DNA of 64,000 nucleotides, taken from Eledone cirrhosa (lineage: Eukaryota). The stretch covers positions 172,732,001-172,796,000 of the forward strand of contig OZ024742.1 in NCBI GenBank assembly GCA_964016885.1, read 5' to 3'. Both the position numbers and the translations under genes were made by a program. This document shows positions 1 to 12,351 of this stretch, one piece after another. The stretch's first letter is position 1, and each line of letters opens with the position of its first letter. The notes below the pieces were generated by a model. That model had not been told where the DNA came from and ran no database searches. It was given only the letters and a program-made list of their open reading frames with translations.

Positions 1-329
1 CTCAATAGTGAGTGTCACAAAAATGAAAACGGTCAGTCAATGATCGGGATTTAGTCATCTTCCGCTCTTTTTTTGTTGCTAGTGGTAGCGGCGCCTTGGT
101 TTATGGCCAAAGCAAATTAAATGCTAACGCTCGCTGTGAATAGAATTAGAAGCGGATGATAATAGCAATGACAACTTCTGAAACAAATCAGAATATTGGA
201 TGCAAGAATGAAGACTAATGGAACTGGAAGACTCTAAAGAAGGTAGAGGTGTGGTTAAGTACTTAAATTACGGTTCTTGAATTAAAATGTTTCCGCCTCT
301 GTAGTTCGCTGCTAGCCGTGTCATCGTGT

Positions 330-1500
330 ACATATTTGAAGATTTTATCGATTTTTCCTTATCTTCATCGATAATTTGATTCCATATTCGCTAGCGTCTG
401 ACAAATTGGTAAAAACTGTCAAGTGTCAATTCGAAATACATATGCAGTATTTAGTTTTGATCATTGCTATTGAGATTTCAAATTTCAAGTAATGACAGCA
501 TCGGCCTTTTTCATTGCCTTTTTCATTATCCCTTGCCATCGCAGAGTATCATAATAATATATACATTTAAATTCAATTTGATGTCTATAATTTACGCTGT
601 AAATCAGGTAGCAATCTTGGAGCGAATGTGGTACTAGCCTAGCGCGTATGTTTATACGAATGTTAGATACTTGTTTGATTGGGAGTGGGCAGTGTGTGTG
701 TGGATGCAGCTTGGCCGAATGGGTAAGATGCTCTAGGTTATGTCCAACGGCGTGACAACTTGGCCAAGTCACATTTAATTCACTCTCGGTTCAAACTAAT
801 ACGTGCAGCAGAACAGGAGAATTCCTAGTTCTGTAAATCGGGAAGTAGAAGCACTGATGGGAAAGAAAGTGAACAGCATGGATATAATTGTGAATTTCCA
901 AGCCTAAACTCTCTTCAACACATATTTTTAATACTTTGGATAAGGTAGCATCAACGAGGCAGGAGCATGACGTCAGGTGGCTGGTCGAAGAATTGCAGGT
1001 ATGCACAATCCCAAGCAGGTTTATACACGACAAACTTCACCTCATTCAATACATCATACAAGGCGCAGTGATGCTTGCTCAGTTTCGATCTATCGTAAAC
1101 TTACGACAATGTTGAACATCACTACTAGGAGGCTTTACTCTACACAGTCGATTCTGCTCCTGTCTTCATGGACTGGATTACCACGATAAGCCTCGAACTG
1201 GTACATGTAATGGATGGTTCGGCATACGTAGATTAAGTGTAATTGATAGTGACGAAAATCTCGGAAATATTATAGGATTACGAAACGATGACACGAGTAA
1301 GGAATGACCCGGACAAATCATTGGGTTTCCAGCTCGGGTCCACAAAAGTCATACCCATGCCATTCAACAGCGTCATACAACGTTTGACGGATGTTGAACA
1401 TTTACAACAAGAAATAGTTCGAAAAAAAGTATCCATGAAAGGTCAATCGTAGTTTACGAATGCGTATGTCTCCTCCATTGTATATAATAACTTTAATGTC
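330..1500 (+). pseudogene. Highly decayed piggyBac-like transposase relic
   Basis: Fragmented frames in piggyBac order: FLIFIDNLI..LTN, RRDNLAKSHLI, AVMLAQFRSIVNLRQC (cf. DEML..FRGR..FRQY), LYTVDSA, LTDVEHLQQEIVRKKVSMKG. Many stops; recognition by eye only. Confidence 0.35.
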
Positions 1501-1716
1501 GAGACGACTTGTCCCGGTTCATTCCCACAAATTAGAGCTAATGCCTGTGGAGAGGATATGTTTCAGGGATCAGGTGGTCCACCTGGTGCCAACGCCGTTT
1601 GCACGGTGGGCTCGTCATGCCGCGTCTCTTGTTTTGTGAAGGCGGCAAGGATACAGTATATGCAAATATACATATTTTTTATACACCTTTTCGGTTGGAT
1701 ATTCTCTGGATAGTTT

Positions 1717-1790
<74 letters not shown>

Positions 1791-2267
1791 TATATATAGA
1801 GAGATAGATATGTAGATAGATAGATAGATAGATACATAGATAGATACTTAAATGACCAAATATTAACTCTTAAATAAACGAATGAAATATATAAAACGAA
1901 TGTATTCGTAATGCTCTATGAGTCTCGATTTATTGTTTATGTGGTGAATTTATGTGTTTCAAAATATTATTAAATGAGTTCCTTTAATAATACAGATTTT
2001 TTTAGCAATATATTAGTCAGATGTATAATTTTTCAGATGCTACGGAAAGGCATCAAATTTGTAGTTGAAAATTAAAACGAAAAATGAAAAAATTGTAAAA
2101 ACGCCTGCAGTCGTATGTATACACAGAGGGCTATGCAACTCAAACCTCTCTTTCTCTCGCTCTCACTTTATTTATATCCCTCCTCTTCCTCTCTATCTAT
2201 ATATATTCAATTCATACCAACAGGTCTGGGCATACGTAAAAGTAGGGTATATATAGCTGATTATTAT

Positions 2268-2446
2268 TTGGCAGTATCGGTAGAGGGTCGGACGCCATGC
2301 TTTCCAGCATAGTTACGTCCCTTTACGATCTGAGTTCAAATCCCGCCGAGGTTCACTTTGCCTTTCATCCTTACGGGGTCGATAAAATAGAGTACCAGTA
2401 ATGCACTGGGTATTTGCTGGCCTTGTGCCTAAAGTAGAAACAATTA
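2268..2446 (+). mobile_element. tRNA-derived SINE
   Basis: A-box-like TGGCAGTATCGG, B-box GAGTTCAAATCC, conserved core GCCTTTCATCCTTACGGGGTCGATAAAAT, 3' end GTAGAAACAATTAT. Many near-identical copies in the window. Confidence 0.9.
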
Positions 2447-2815
2447 TTGTAAATCATAGCAAATTATCTTAGGGATGATCATCCCCCTCCCCGGCTTATA
2501 CTAGTGTGTGTGTATATGTGGGTGTATGAAAAACAGTAAAGAGAAATAACAAATCAAACGATACAGCGCAATGGTGAATTCCATTCATTTAACGATTAAT
2601 ATAGTGGGAAATGATTATTAACATTCCAAACATTTTTCTTTCATCAGTGGATAAAATGATATATAAAATATGAAATAGAAAGATTGAGATTGAGAAGACA
2701 CATTTTCTTTTAAAAGAACACGTGTATTCAGTTAGCCATTTTCATTCGAGTGTTGGCCTAATTCATGTCAACTCTGATAACACACCAACTGGCATATATA
2801 TATATATATATATAT

Positions 2816-3048
2816 AAAGTTATATTTAAATTGTTGGGTTACAACTAGTAAATATTTATAACTGATATAGAAGTACTCGACAAATACAAGTCGATGTTGT
2901 TACGGTATGTCGAATCTATTTATCTATAAAACTGTTTATATTGTATTTTGTCTGAGGAAGGCATAGCATATTGTTAATATGATATCCCTGAAATATATAT
3001 AATGAAATAAATATGGTTTTATAAATATAGTTTCCATTTATTTAATAT

Positions 3049-3050
<2 letters not shown>
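2816..3050 (+). mobile_element. Miniature PLE insertion (family A: inverted tail plus 3' pLTR) in (TA)n
   Basis: 2816-2883 matches 51740-51810; 2925-3050 matches 55612-55742 of the autonomous PLE. Flanked by TA repeats. Confidence 0.85.
2946..3007 (+). ncRNA. Minimal type I hammerhead ribozyme
   Basis: ttttgt-CTGAGGA-stem II-GAAA-TATATA-TA-atgaaa. Confidence 0.75.
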
Positions 3051-3109
<59 letters not shown>

Positions 3110-3111
<2 letters not shown>

Positions 3112-3305
3112 GTAGAGCTCTGGTGGGTTATATCCATATTGGTAGAGCAGTCAGTCCATGGGACGAGATTCGTAACATTAGTTCCACAACAGTGAGTTCA
3201 ACATACCGGAAACAAATGTTACACCTGATTCGGACTCTCAGCTGAGGATCCGAATAAGGTGAAGCATTTGTTCTCAGTATGGTGAACAACTTTTGTGGAA
3301 CTATT
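3110..3305. mobile_element. Short fold-back pLTR insertion (family G) with degenerate HHR
   Basis: Imperfect hairpin 3179-3303; CTGAGGA..GAAG-CATTTG-TT. A sister copy at 15836-15925 (minus) has GAAA-CAATTG-TT. Confidence 0.6.
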
Positions 3306-3311
3306 TCTATA

Positions 3312-3371
<60 letters not shown>

Positions 3372-3376
<5 letters not shown>

Positions 3377-3564
3377 ATACTTTGGGAGGGTCATGTGCCA
3401 ATAAGAAACACACGCACCAGAAGCTTTCACTTCAATTTATTATAATACATTTATAAATTTCCGATTGGTTGTTTGGTTCCACAACCAGATGGCTGTTTAT
3501 ATATTGTCAACGTTCTTCCGTCACACATTATGTGACCTCTTCAGTGACTGGGGGTTATTTTCTT

Positions 3565-3565
<1 letters not shown>
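3372..3565 (-). mobile_element. PLE pLTR fragment (family B) with degenerate HHR
   Basis: Close match to 49950-50160. Minus strand reads CTGAAGA-ggtcac..gtgac-GGAA. Flanked by TA tracts. Confidence 0.8.
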
Positions 3566-3617
<52 letters not shown>

Positions 3618-3623
<6 letters not shown>

Positions 3624-6600
3624 CGTACTTTAGAAAGCCACAACAATGCAGAGGGAAATCTCGAGGTAGGAAGTGAATGATAGATAGGAGAAACAGGTGA
3701 AAGTGAAAATTGAGAGAGACAAAGAAGACAACAAAACAAAGGTAGAAGGGTTACCGTAGTGGAGATTTAATCCCAATATTTCGGGCTCACGCCCATCAAC
3801 GGGGGAAAGTTCCAAAAAGGGGGGGAACAGGCCAAGCCGGAGAAAGTTGTGATGTGTTTAAAACAGGAATGCCGTTATGGGGAGAACATTTTTTAAAATT
3901 TAAATGAGGGAAAGAATGCGCGTGCGCGTGTTAGGCTGTGGCAAAAGCTACTGACCAAATGGGTTAAATCAAGAGGGTGCGCTAGCATGTGAAAGCCGTA
4001 AAATATGTGTGTGTGAATATATATGTGTGTGTAACTGTGTGTGTATATGTGTAAGTGTGTATATGTGTGAGTGTGTGTGTGTGTGAAAGATAGTGGGCTC
4101 TAGAAGCTGGAAATCAAAGGGTGTGAAAGGTGGTAGGTTGTAAAACATGTGTGCGTGTATACATATAGATGTGTGTGTGTATGCGTATGGGTATATATGT
4201 GTGTGTAACTGTGTGTGTATATGTGTGAGTGCGTGTGTGAAAGATAGTGGGCTGTAGAGGCTGGAAATCAAAGGGTGTGAAAGGTGGTAGGTTGTAAAAC
4301 ATGTGTGCGTGTATAAATATAGATGTGTGTGTGTGTGTGCGTATGGGTATGAATATACGTGTGTGAAAATAGCAGGCCGTAAGGGCTGTGAATGGTCACT
4401 ATGGTTAAGTTAGCCATGTCAGCTCATTTCTCTCAGCCCGGTTGCTAAGTGGGGGTCTGAGGTTCTTAATAACAAGTGCTTCCTTTATCCTTAAGGATCC
4501 GATGCTGCGTTCAGTCGCTAGGACTGTGACCAAGGGTCTATCCTGTGGGTTTCCGCATTTAAGGATGTGTTTACGGAAGGAAGATGCGTTGGTGTTGATA
4601 TGTTCCTCGATACAAACATGTAGGGGTCGGATGGTGCTACCTATGTAAAACTTGTTACATTTATCGCATTGAATCTTATATACGACATAGGTGCGTAGGC
4701 AATCTGCCCCCCCCCCCCCCCCGTATCGGGCAGTTGCTGAGGGAACACGTCCCATCTGACTCGTCGGGTTTGTTGGAGAGGCATCTTCGCAGCGAAGGTC
4801 CTGTGTGGGCCAAATGTATGTCAAGTACCTCCGTCCGTATGGCCCTGCGGATGGCGTTCGTGGTATATTCACTCAGGTGGGGGATTTTAAAGAAGCACCT
4901 GCTTTTATTTAAGTTTCTAGTGGGTGTCTGTCTATTGGGTCTGGGGTCTCTAATTCCGTTAATCAGTCGCTTGGGATATCCATTAGACTTGAGTAGATTA
5001 CGGAATTGCGTGGTATGGGTGAGACCACCCATCGGGTCGCTGCATCTGTTAGTCATCCGTGTCAGTTCATTTAGGACATAGCCTCTCTTAGCGTTGTTGG
5101 GGAGGGCTGAGTTGTAATGCACAAATAAGTCCTTGCACGCTGCTTTGCGGTAGAAGGTGGTGTTTATGTCTCCTTCTTCCGAGATGTTGATACGGAAGTC
5201 GAGGAGGGCGAGTGACCCGTCTTCTCCTGAGTGTTCGATGGTGAAATCGACGTGATGGTCAGTATCGTTGAAGATTTGGTGAATTTAATTCGCCATCTCC
5301 CGGGAAGAAGTAAGTATCAGGATGTCATCAACGTATCTGGAGTAGAAGGCGACGGCGTTGGGTTGGCAGGTATTGAGTGCCTTGCGTTCCAGGTGGTCCA
5401 TGTACGAGATCGCAAGTATGCCGGATAGACTAGAGCCCATAGGTAGCCCAGAGATTTGTTTGTACGTGTGGCCGAGGAAATTGAAGAGTGCATTATCCAC
5501 AACGAAGGAGAGGATTTGGTGGATGTCCGTGTGTGTGAGTCCGAAGCAGTGTAAGTTAGATGCTCGGACTCGTTCGGTCAACAGGTCGACGGCTGGGGAT
5601 GCTGGTACGGAGGTATAAAGGGCGACCACATCAAGACTGAAGGCATAACCGTTGTCCTTTCTGGTGTTGGGCGCCAGATGGTGTAGTCGCTCCAAGACCT
5701 CCTTTGAGCTGCAGACGTGGGCTGGTAGTGTGTGTAGAATGGGTTTCAGTAGTGTGGAGAGCAGCCACGATATTTTGTAGAGTGGGCCCTCCACGCTAGA
5801 AACAATGGGCCTGATTTTCAAATCGGGTCCTTGTTTATGTGTGTTAACCAGGTGGTAGAAGGTGGGTAGTTTGCTGTTTCGAGTCATTATGTTGTTTTTT
5901 ACCTTATTTGGCAGTTTTCGTTGGACACAGATGTTAGTCCATATGGTGTTAATGCCTTCCTCGATTAGAGTCGAAGAGGTCCCTGTAACTTTCGAGTAGA
6001 GGCTGTCGTCATTAAAATGTTGGAGAGCTAAGTTGTTGTAGGTCTCTCTCGAGATGACACAGAATTCTTTCCCCTTGTCAGAGGGAAGGTACACAAGGTT
6101 CCTGGATCTTAGGTTGGTGAGAGTATTAAATTGTGCATTGGTGAGGTTGCGTTTATTGTGTGTGTGTGTGTGTTGGGAAAGGATGTTAGAGATAGAATGT
6201 TTCAACCTGAGTAGTTTAGTGTCAATATAGTGGTTGGTGGGTGGGGGGTGGAGTGGGTTGTCGAGGTGGTACGTGGGGAGTGTGGGGTTGTAATCGATCT
6301 CGGTGTTGTTTTGGATGGCGGTTAGCCATTTCAGTTGATATGCTATCCGACAGAAGTTGGTTTCGATGTCGAGTTTCAGTCTATCATCGAGACGCTGTGT
6401 AATGATGAACTTGGGTCCGAGGCGCAGAAGTTCGAGTTCGTCGTTGGTGAGGGTACCGGTTAGGTCGATAACGAGGTGTGAAGCATCGTTGGTAGGTAGA
6501 TCGCTGTTGGGGGGTGTAGCGGAGGGTGTTGTATAGCTGGTGTGGTTGTAGTCGGTCCGTCTGTGGGAGCGGATTTTGTCATTGTAGTATTTGTTTACAG

Positions 6601-7721
6601 TCCATTCGTATTTCCGTATAAGGCGCTGTTTATCGTATTTGACTCTGGTGTGTTAACACTGATCGATAGCTTTGCGTATTTTCTGGACCTGGTGGACAGG
6701 GGTGAGCGTTGGAGCTATACGATCTATGTGCTCGGAAAGCGTTTGTATATGGAGTCGCAGTTGGTGGTGGTTGTGTCGTAGTATTTTCTTGATAAACGTG
6801 CGTTGAATGTGGCGGATGGTGTTTTCGAAGGATGGTGATCGTAAACATTCGGGTAGATGTATATTCCAGATGGTGGTTGGAATGATGTTGTTCTTTAGGC
6901 AGCGTTTTAAGAAGGTAATTTGGCAACCGAGTTTGGCACAATTCTCCGATAGTCTGAATAGGTCCCTTATGGGTGCAAACAAGTCCTGGCTCAGGTGTAA
7001 TGATAAGAGGGTGTTAAAGTTTGCTTGAAGCATTGTGAAATGTGTAAAATACGTAGTTTAGAAAGCCACAACAATGCAGAGGGAAATCTCGAGGTAGGAA
7101 GTGAATGATAGATAGGAGAAATAGGAGAAAGTGAATATTGAGAGAGACAAAGATGAAAACAAAACAAAGGTAGAAGGGTTACCGTAGTGGAGATTTAATC
7201 CCAATATTTCGGGCTCACGCTCATCAACGGGGGAAAGTTCCAAAAGGGGGGGAACAGGCCAAGCCGGAGAAAGTTGTGATGTCGTTAAAACAGGAATGCC
7301 GTTATGGGCTTTCACACGCTAGCGCACCCTCTTGATTTAACCCATTTGGTCAGTAGCTTTTGCCACAGCCTATCACGCGCACGCGCATTCTTTCGCTCAT
7401 TTAAATTTTTAAAAATGTTCTCCCCATAACGGCATTCCTGTTTTAACGACATCACAACTTTCTCCGGCTTGGCCTGTTCCCCCCCTTTTGGAACTTTCCC
7501 CCGCTGATGGGCGTGAGCCCGAATTATTGGGATTAAATCTCCACTCCGGTAACCCTTCTACCTTTGTTTTGTTTTCATCTTTGTCTCTCTCAATTTTCAC
7601 TTTCTCCTATTTCTCCTATCTATCATTCACTTCCTACCTCGAGATTGCCCTCTGCATTGTTGTGGCTTTCTAAACTACGTATTTTACACATTTCACAATG
7701 CTTCAAGCAAACTTTAACACC

Positions 7722-7724
<3 letters not shown>
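3618..7724 (-). mobile_element. Penelope-like retroelement PLE1, near full length: pLTR-ORF-pLTR plus inverted pLTR
   Basis: Direct pLTRs at 3618-3997 and 7046-7308. Inverted pLTR 7307-7685 carries a 39-nt tail (7686-7724) containing the ORF start codons MLQANFNTL. (TA)n on both sides. Confidence 0.95.
4405..7033 (-). pseudogene. PLE RT + GIY-YIG endonuclease ORF, disrupted
   Basis: RT motifs IRPIVS, LDVVALYTSVP, GLPMGSSLSGILA, YSRYVDD. Cys-rich linker CSLSNCP..CLR; GIY-YIG VVYKIQCDKCNKFYIGSTIRPL..IEEH. Stops and frameshifts, including at the poly-C run near 4707-4722. Confidence 0.95.
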
Positions 7725-7771
<47 letters not shown>

Positions 7772-8373
7772 AGTGGAAGATTAGTATATTCGAAGCTCTG
7801 ACTCTGGCCTAGCTAACGACCTAAAATTAGGAATGAGCAGCAAAGCACTCAATAAGGTAGGCCCTTAGAGTAATAACATACGTTTAGACAGCTTGACAAA
7901 TTGAAAATTGCGGCAGGCAGATCTAGCCACATAATACCAAAAACAGTGAAAAAACTAATCGGGTTAAACAACTGACCTGAACATTTCAAACGATATTTTG
8001 CAATACGTCCGATAGGTTTATATGAAATCCGAAATCATCCATCCAGCTTACGTAATATGTAAGCCTGTGGCATTCCATCATCGAACAGAGGATTCACGTC
8101 ATCAACAGGAAATTTCGTTCTATGCCTCAAGTCGGTGTTGAATGTAAAGCTGAACTGCTATCGTTAGGAGCCCTCAGTGATTCGCTGTCACGTGTCATTT
8201 CCAACACGGGAAGTAACCCCCGGTTTTTGGTGGGTAAATTCAAAGTGTGAACAAAGGAAATCAATTCCGTTCCACATTTCGAATGAAAAACTCTCGACTA
8301 GACGTTATTAAACAAACATAAATAATTAACCAATCAATGAAATTGTCTATTTAAATTAATTAATAATTAATTC

Positions 8374-8455
<82 letters not shown>

Positions 8456-8603
8456 CACAGTTCAAGAATAGCCAATTTTAAAGAGGGAGATGGAGAGATA
8501 GTATATATATATATATATATATATATATCCACATGTGCTAAATATCCGAAAGGTTCTTGATGTTTCCGTCTGCTCTAAACGAACCACGGAACTGATGTAC
8601 ACT

Positions 8604-8786
8604 ATTGGCTGTATTGGTAGGGTGTCGGATGCCATGCTTTGAGGCATGGAGTTATGGCCCTTGCCATTCTGAGTTCAAATCCCGCCGAGGTTAACTTTGC
8701 CTTTCATCCTTACGGGGTTGATAAAATAAAGTATCAGTAATACTATGGGTAATTGCTGGCCTTGTGCCTAACGTAGAAACAATTAT
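8604..8786 (+). mobile_element. tRNA-derived SINE
   Basis: Same head, core and tail as 2268-2446. Confidence 0.9.
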
Positions 8787-10229
8787 GTGTATATCACAGC
8801 TTTATGTGTGCTTTCGAGTGTGCCCACACGTGTGAGTTTTTGTTTTGTGACTCGTTGTATGCCCATATGAAAACTTCACGTGCCTGTGTGAGTATGTGAT
8901 TATAATTGTCTATTTTTTTCATTCGGTACAGTTTTTATCAGTTATAGCCACGCGAATTCTTGGTCTTATTGAAATTACTGTAATAAACAAATATAAAACT
9001 TCATTACACATTAACTACAGGAGGTAGTGTTGTGTTAAACATCAATGTTCTAAATTCGGTTCGAAAAAATATTTAAATAAACACGGCAGATAATAAATCA
9101 AGACAAATTGAAAATCTATCAATTATATTTAATAAAAAATGTATGAATAAATAAATAAATAATAATTGCTGTTTGCAAGGAACAATGCAATGTACATAGC
9201 TCGTGTAATGGAAGATGTGAAATAAACAAATTATATATATGCATGTTTTTTTAACATGTTTTCGAGAGAAAAAGATTCTAGTTTATAATGGATGTAAGTA
9301 TTTTCTTTAATTTAACAAAATAAAACTAGTATTAATTTTTGATTCGAACTCAAATTTCAATTATATTTGTTTGAAAATCATTATGTCGTACACGAGAGTC
9401 AGTGTGTGTGTATGTATTTCTATTTGCCTGCGCGTGTGTGTGCGTGAATATGTGTACACATTTGTTTTCATACGTATGTTGTATTTCCATGTACGTGATC
9501 GTGTATATATGCACTTGTGTAACACTTAGAAACATAATCCTAAACGTGAAAAACTGGCATCAACATACTAACCGTCAACAACACACCCACCATCTATGCC
9601 ACCAGCATCAAAATCACCACCAACATCATCACAAATGGCCAACACAATCAACTACCTCCACCTCCAGTAAGGAAAACCAGCTCTAACATCACCAACACCA
9701 TGCCCACCAGCATCACCACCAACACCACACACAACAACATACACACACATACACCACAAGCAACAACAGCAACCATCAGGTGGAACATTCCGTGTTGATT
9801 TCCTGGTTGTCTTTCTAACAGTTTGCTTTGACTCTGTTTCATTCACAAGGCATTGTTTGATCCGATGCATAGGTAACAAACCCTTACTTAAGATTTCAAG
9901 CAGGGTAATCGAACCTTGTACCAATGGATACTTGATCATCCGACCCTGCTTCATCTAGTAATAAACAGTCAAAATGCAATGCTTTCAAATATCGGTAGTT
10001 GCATACGAATTTACGCTGAATAAATCGGTTGATTATACGTGCGACCGTACTTCACTGCTATTAATTTTATCGATAGAGAAATGATGAATAGTGAAGCAGG
10101 AGAAAGCACCAGGAATGGATCTCATAACAGAAACAGATAACAATGTCTTAAACATACAGCTCTCCTCTTTCTACTATATCTCACACTTAATTATTCAAAA
10201 TGATAAGAAATATAATAATAATTATTACT

Positions 10230-10510
10230 AGAAACTGCAAGAAACATGCAGAAATAATGACGTTGGGAATATCATGCACAGGAAACAGCAATTTCCACCC
10301 CAGTTGAACAAAGGTTTTTAATCAATCATTCACAAAAGAGACCAGTAGCTGTCTATTTTCCGGCCTTTAACGACCAAAGAAGGGAGAGTAGCAATTGATG
10401 TCATGATAGTTGATGGATTAAATCACTTAAGAAAGGACGGCTGAAACAGCTGCTAAGGATTCTAGAGGATGGATATCAATTGGAGACGGACAATTACATA
10501 CAAGAATGAT
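10230..10510 (+). mobile_element. Decayed RTE-type LINE 3' fragment
   Basis: AAKDSRGWISIGD resembles the RTE C-terminal AxDRxxWxxLGE. Heavily degraded. Confidence 0.35.
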
Positions 10511-10662
10511 ATTAAGGATAATCGGTTTGACTTTGTTACATTTATAATGAATTCAGTATGGAATATCACTTCTATCTTTTCACCTCTACAGTGTGGTGGT
10601 GAAAGTATAGTCGTGATATGAATGCTCGACTCGGACCCTTTACTTAGTCAATTCAGAGTAAA

Positions 10663-10723
10663 AGTGTGTGTGTGTGTGAGAGAGAGACAGAGAGAGAGAG
10701 AAATATATATAGAGAGAGAGAGG

Positions 10724-10811
<88 letters not shown>
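10663..10811. repeat. (GT)n/(GA)n microsatellite
   Basis: Direct reading. Confidence 0.95.
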
Positions 10812-10814
<3 letters not shown>

Positions 10815-11424
10815 GGAGAGACGAGGGAGCGAAAGAGAAAAGAGGAAATTAGGAATGGGGAGATTCCCGGGTTTGATTGTTAATTCCTTTGACCACACAT
10901 AAAAGGATGAGAGGCAAATTTGTCCTTGATAGGATGAGAACATGATGATGAGGATGATGGTGTTGGTGATGGTCGTGTTGAGTGAAAATAAAGATAAAAG
11001 TAACCCGAAAACACTACAGCGACAACATGGATGATAAGAACTTATCCGTATTGTTATATGAAGTAAGAGATTAGAGTGATGGACTGACATAAATTCGATG
11101 ATGTCGGTGAAAATGTCATTTCTGAATTTATTCCATTTCTTTATATTCTGAGTTCAAACTCCGCCCTGGTAGCAAGTTAAATCATTTTATACACTGTAGT
11201 ACTGAAAATGTATTATACTTTTCGTAGAATACATTTTTCTATTGTATTCTTTATTATTTTCAATATTTATATATTCTAAATAATTTTTTTAAATTGTTAT
11301 GCATTTTAAAATACCTTTTAACATCTCTTATTCTGAGGAAAATAGACAGTATGGCAGATAACATTAGGTAACTTATGCAAATTTTAGGACAGTACAATAT
11401 CCTTTCCGTTATTGATAAATTAGC

Positions 11425-11600
11425 TGTTTCTACTTTTGGCACAAGGCCAGCAATTACCCAGGACATTACTGGTACTTTATTTTATCGACCCTGTACGGAT
11501 GAAAGGCAGAGTGAACCTCGGCGGGATTTGAACTCAGACCGTAAATGGACGTAACTATGCTGGAAAGCATGGCGTACCGATACTGACAATCCACCACCCT
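11425..11600 (-). mobile_element. tRNA-derived SINE, with older diverged SINE pieces alongside (11145-11170, 11601-11700, 11705-11920)
   Basis: Reverse complement of the SINE consensus. Confidence 0.85.
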
Positions 11601-12272
11601 TGATAAAATAACGTACCAAAGAAGTACTTGGATTGATTTAATCAACTTCCTCTTTTCGGCGAATTTGCTGACCATGTGCCTAAATTACATATCATTGTGA
11701 TTGCTTGAGTGACAGCAACGTTAGAACGTTGGAGAAAATGCTTTATATATTTATTTTGAACCTTTATATTCTGGATTCAAATTCCACCGATGCAAACATT
11801 TTCTTTCGTCCTTCCATAGATCGGCAAAAATAAAATAGCAGCAAAGTACATGGGTCAATTTTCTCGACTATTACCACTGTCCTCAAACATTGTGGTGCTG
11901 TGCCTAAATGAGAAATCAATATCAAATCGGTCTTTTAAAAAACATTCTAAAAAAGAAAAAATTGGGATTGTCGCGTCCATCTGTCCATTGTACTTTATAA
12001 ACATATATAACCTATTTTCTGTCGTTTGATAAGCGTCATATTCTGTATATTTCAATGGTTTTAAGTGATATATATTCTTTACATATTCTTTGATGAGGTC
12101 TTGATAAAAAAAACATGAAAGTTATCGGGAAAGAGATAACGATAGACGTACCTTCGTACCTTCACTTACTTAACCCATACACACTCTCTCAGATTTAACA
12201 CACACACACACACCCATACTATCTCTCTCTCTCTCACATACACACACACATAGACCACAGAAACAAATAGCT

Positions 12273-12347
<75 letters not shown>

Positions 12348-12351
<4 letters not shown>

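Noticed and set aside
2268-2350. tRNA genes at the A/B-box sequences
   Set aside because: No cloverleaf; they continue into the SINE core and tail in all copies.
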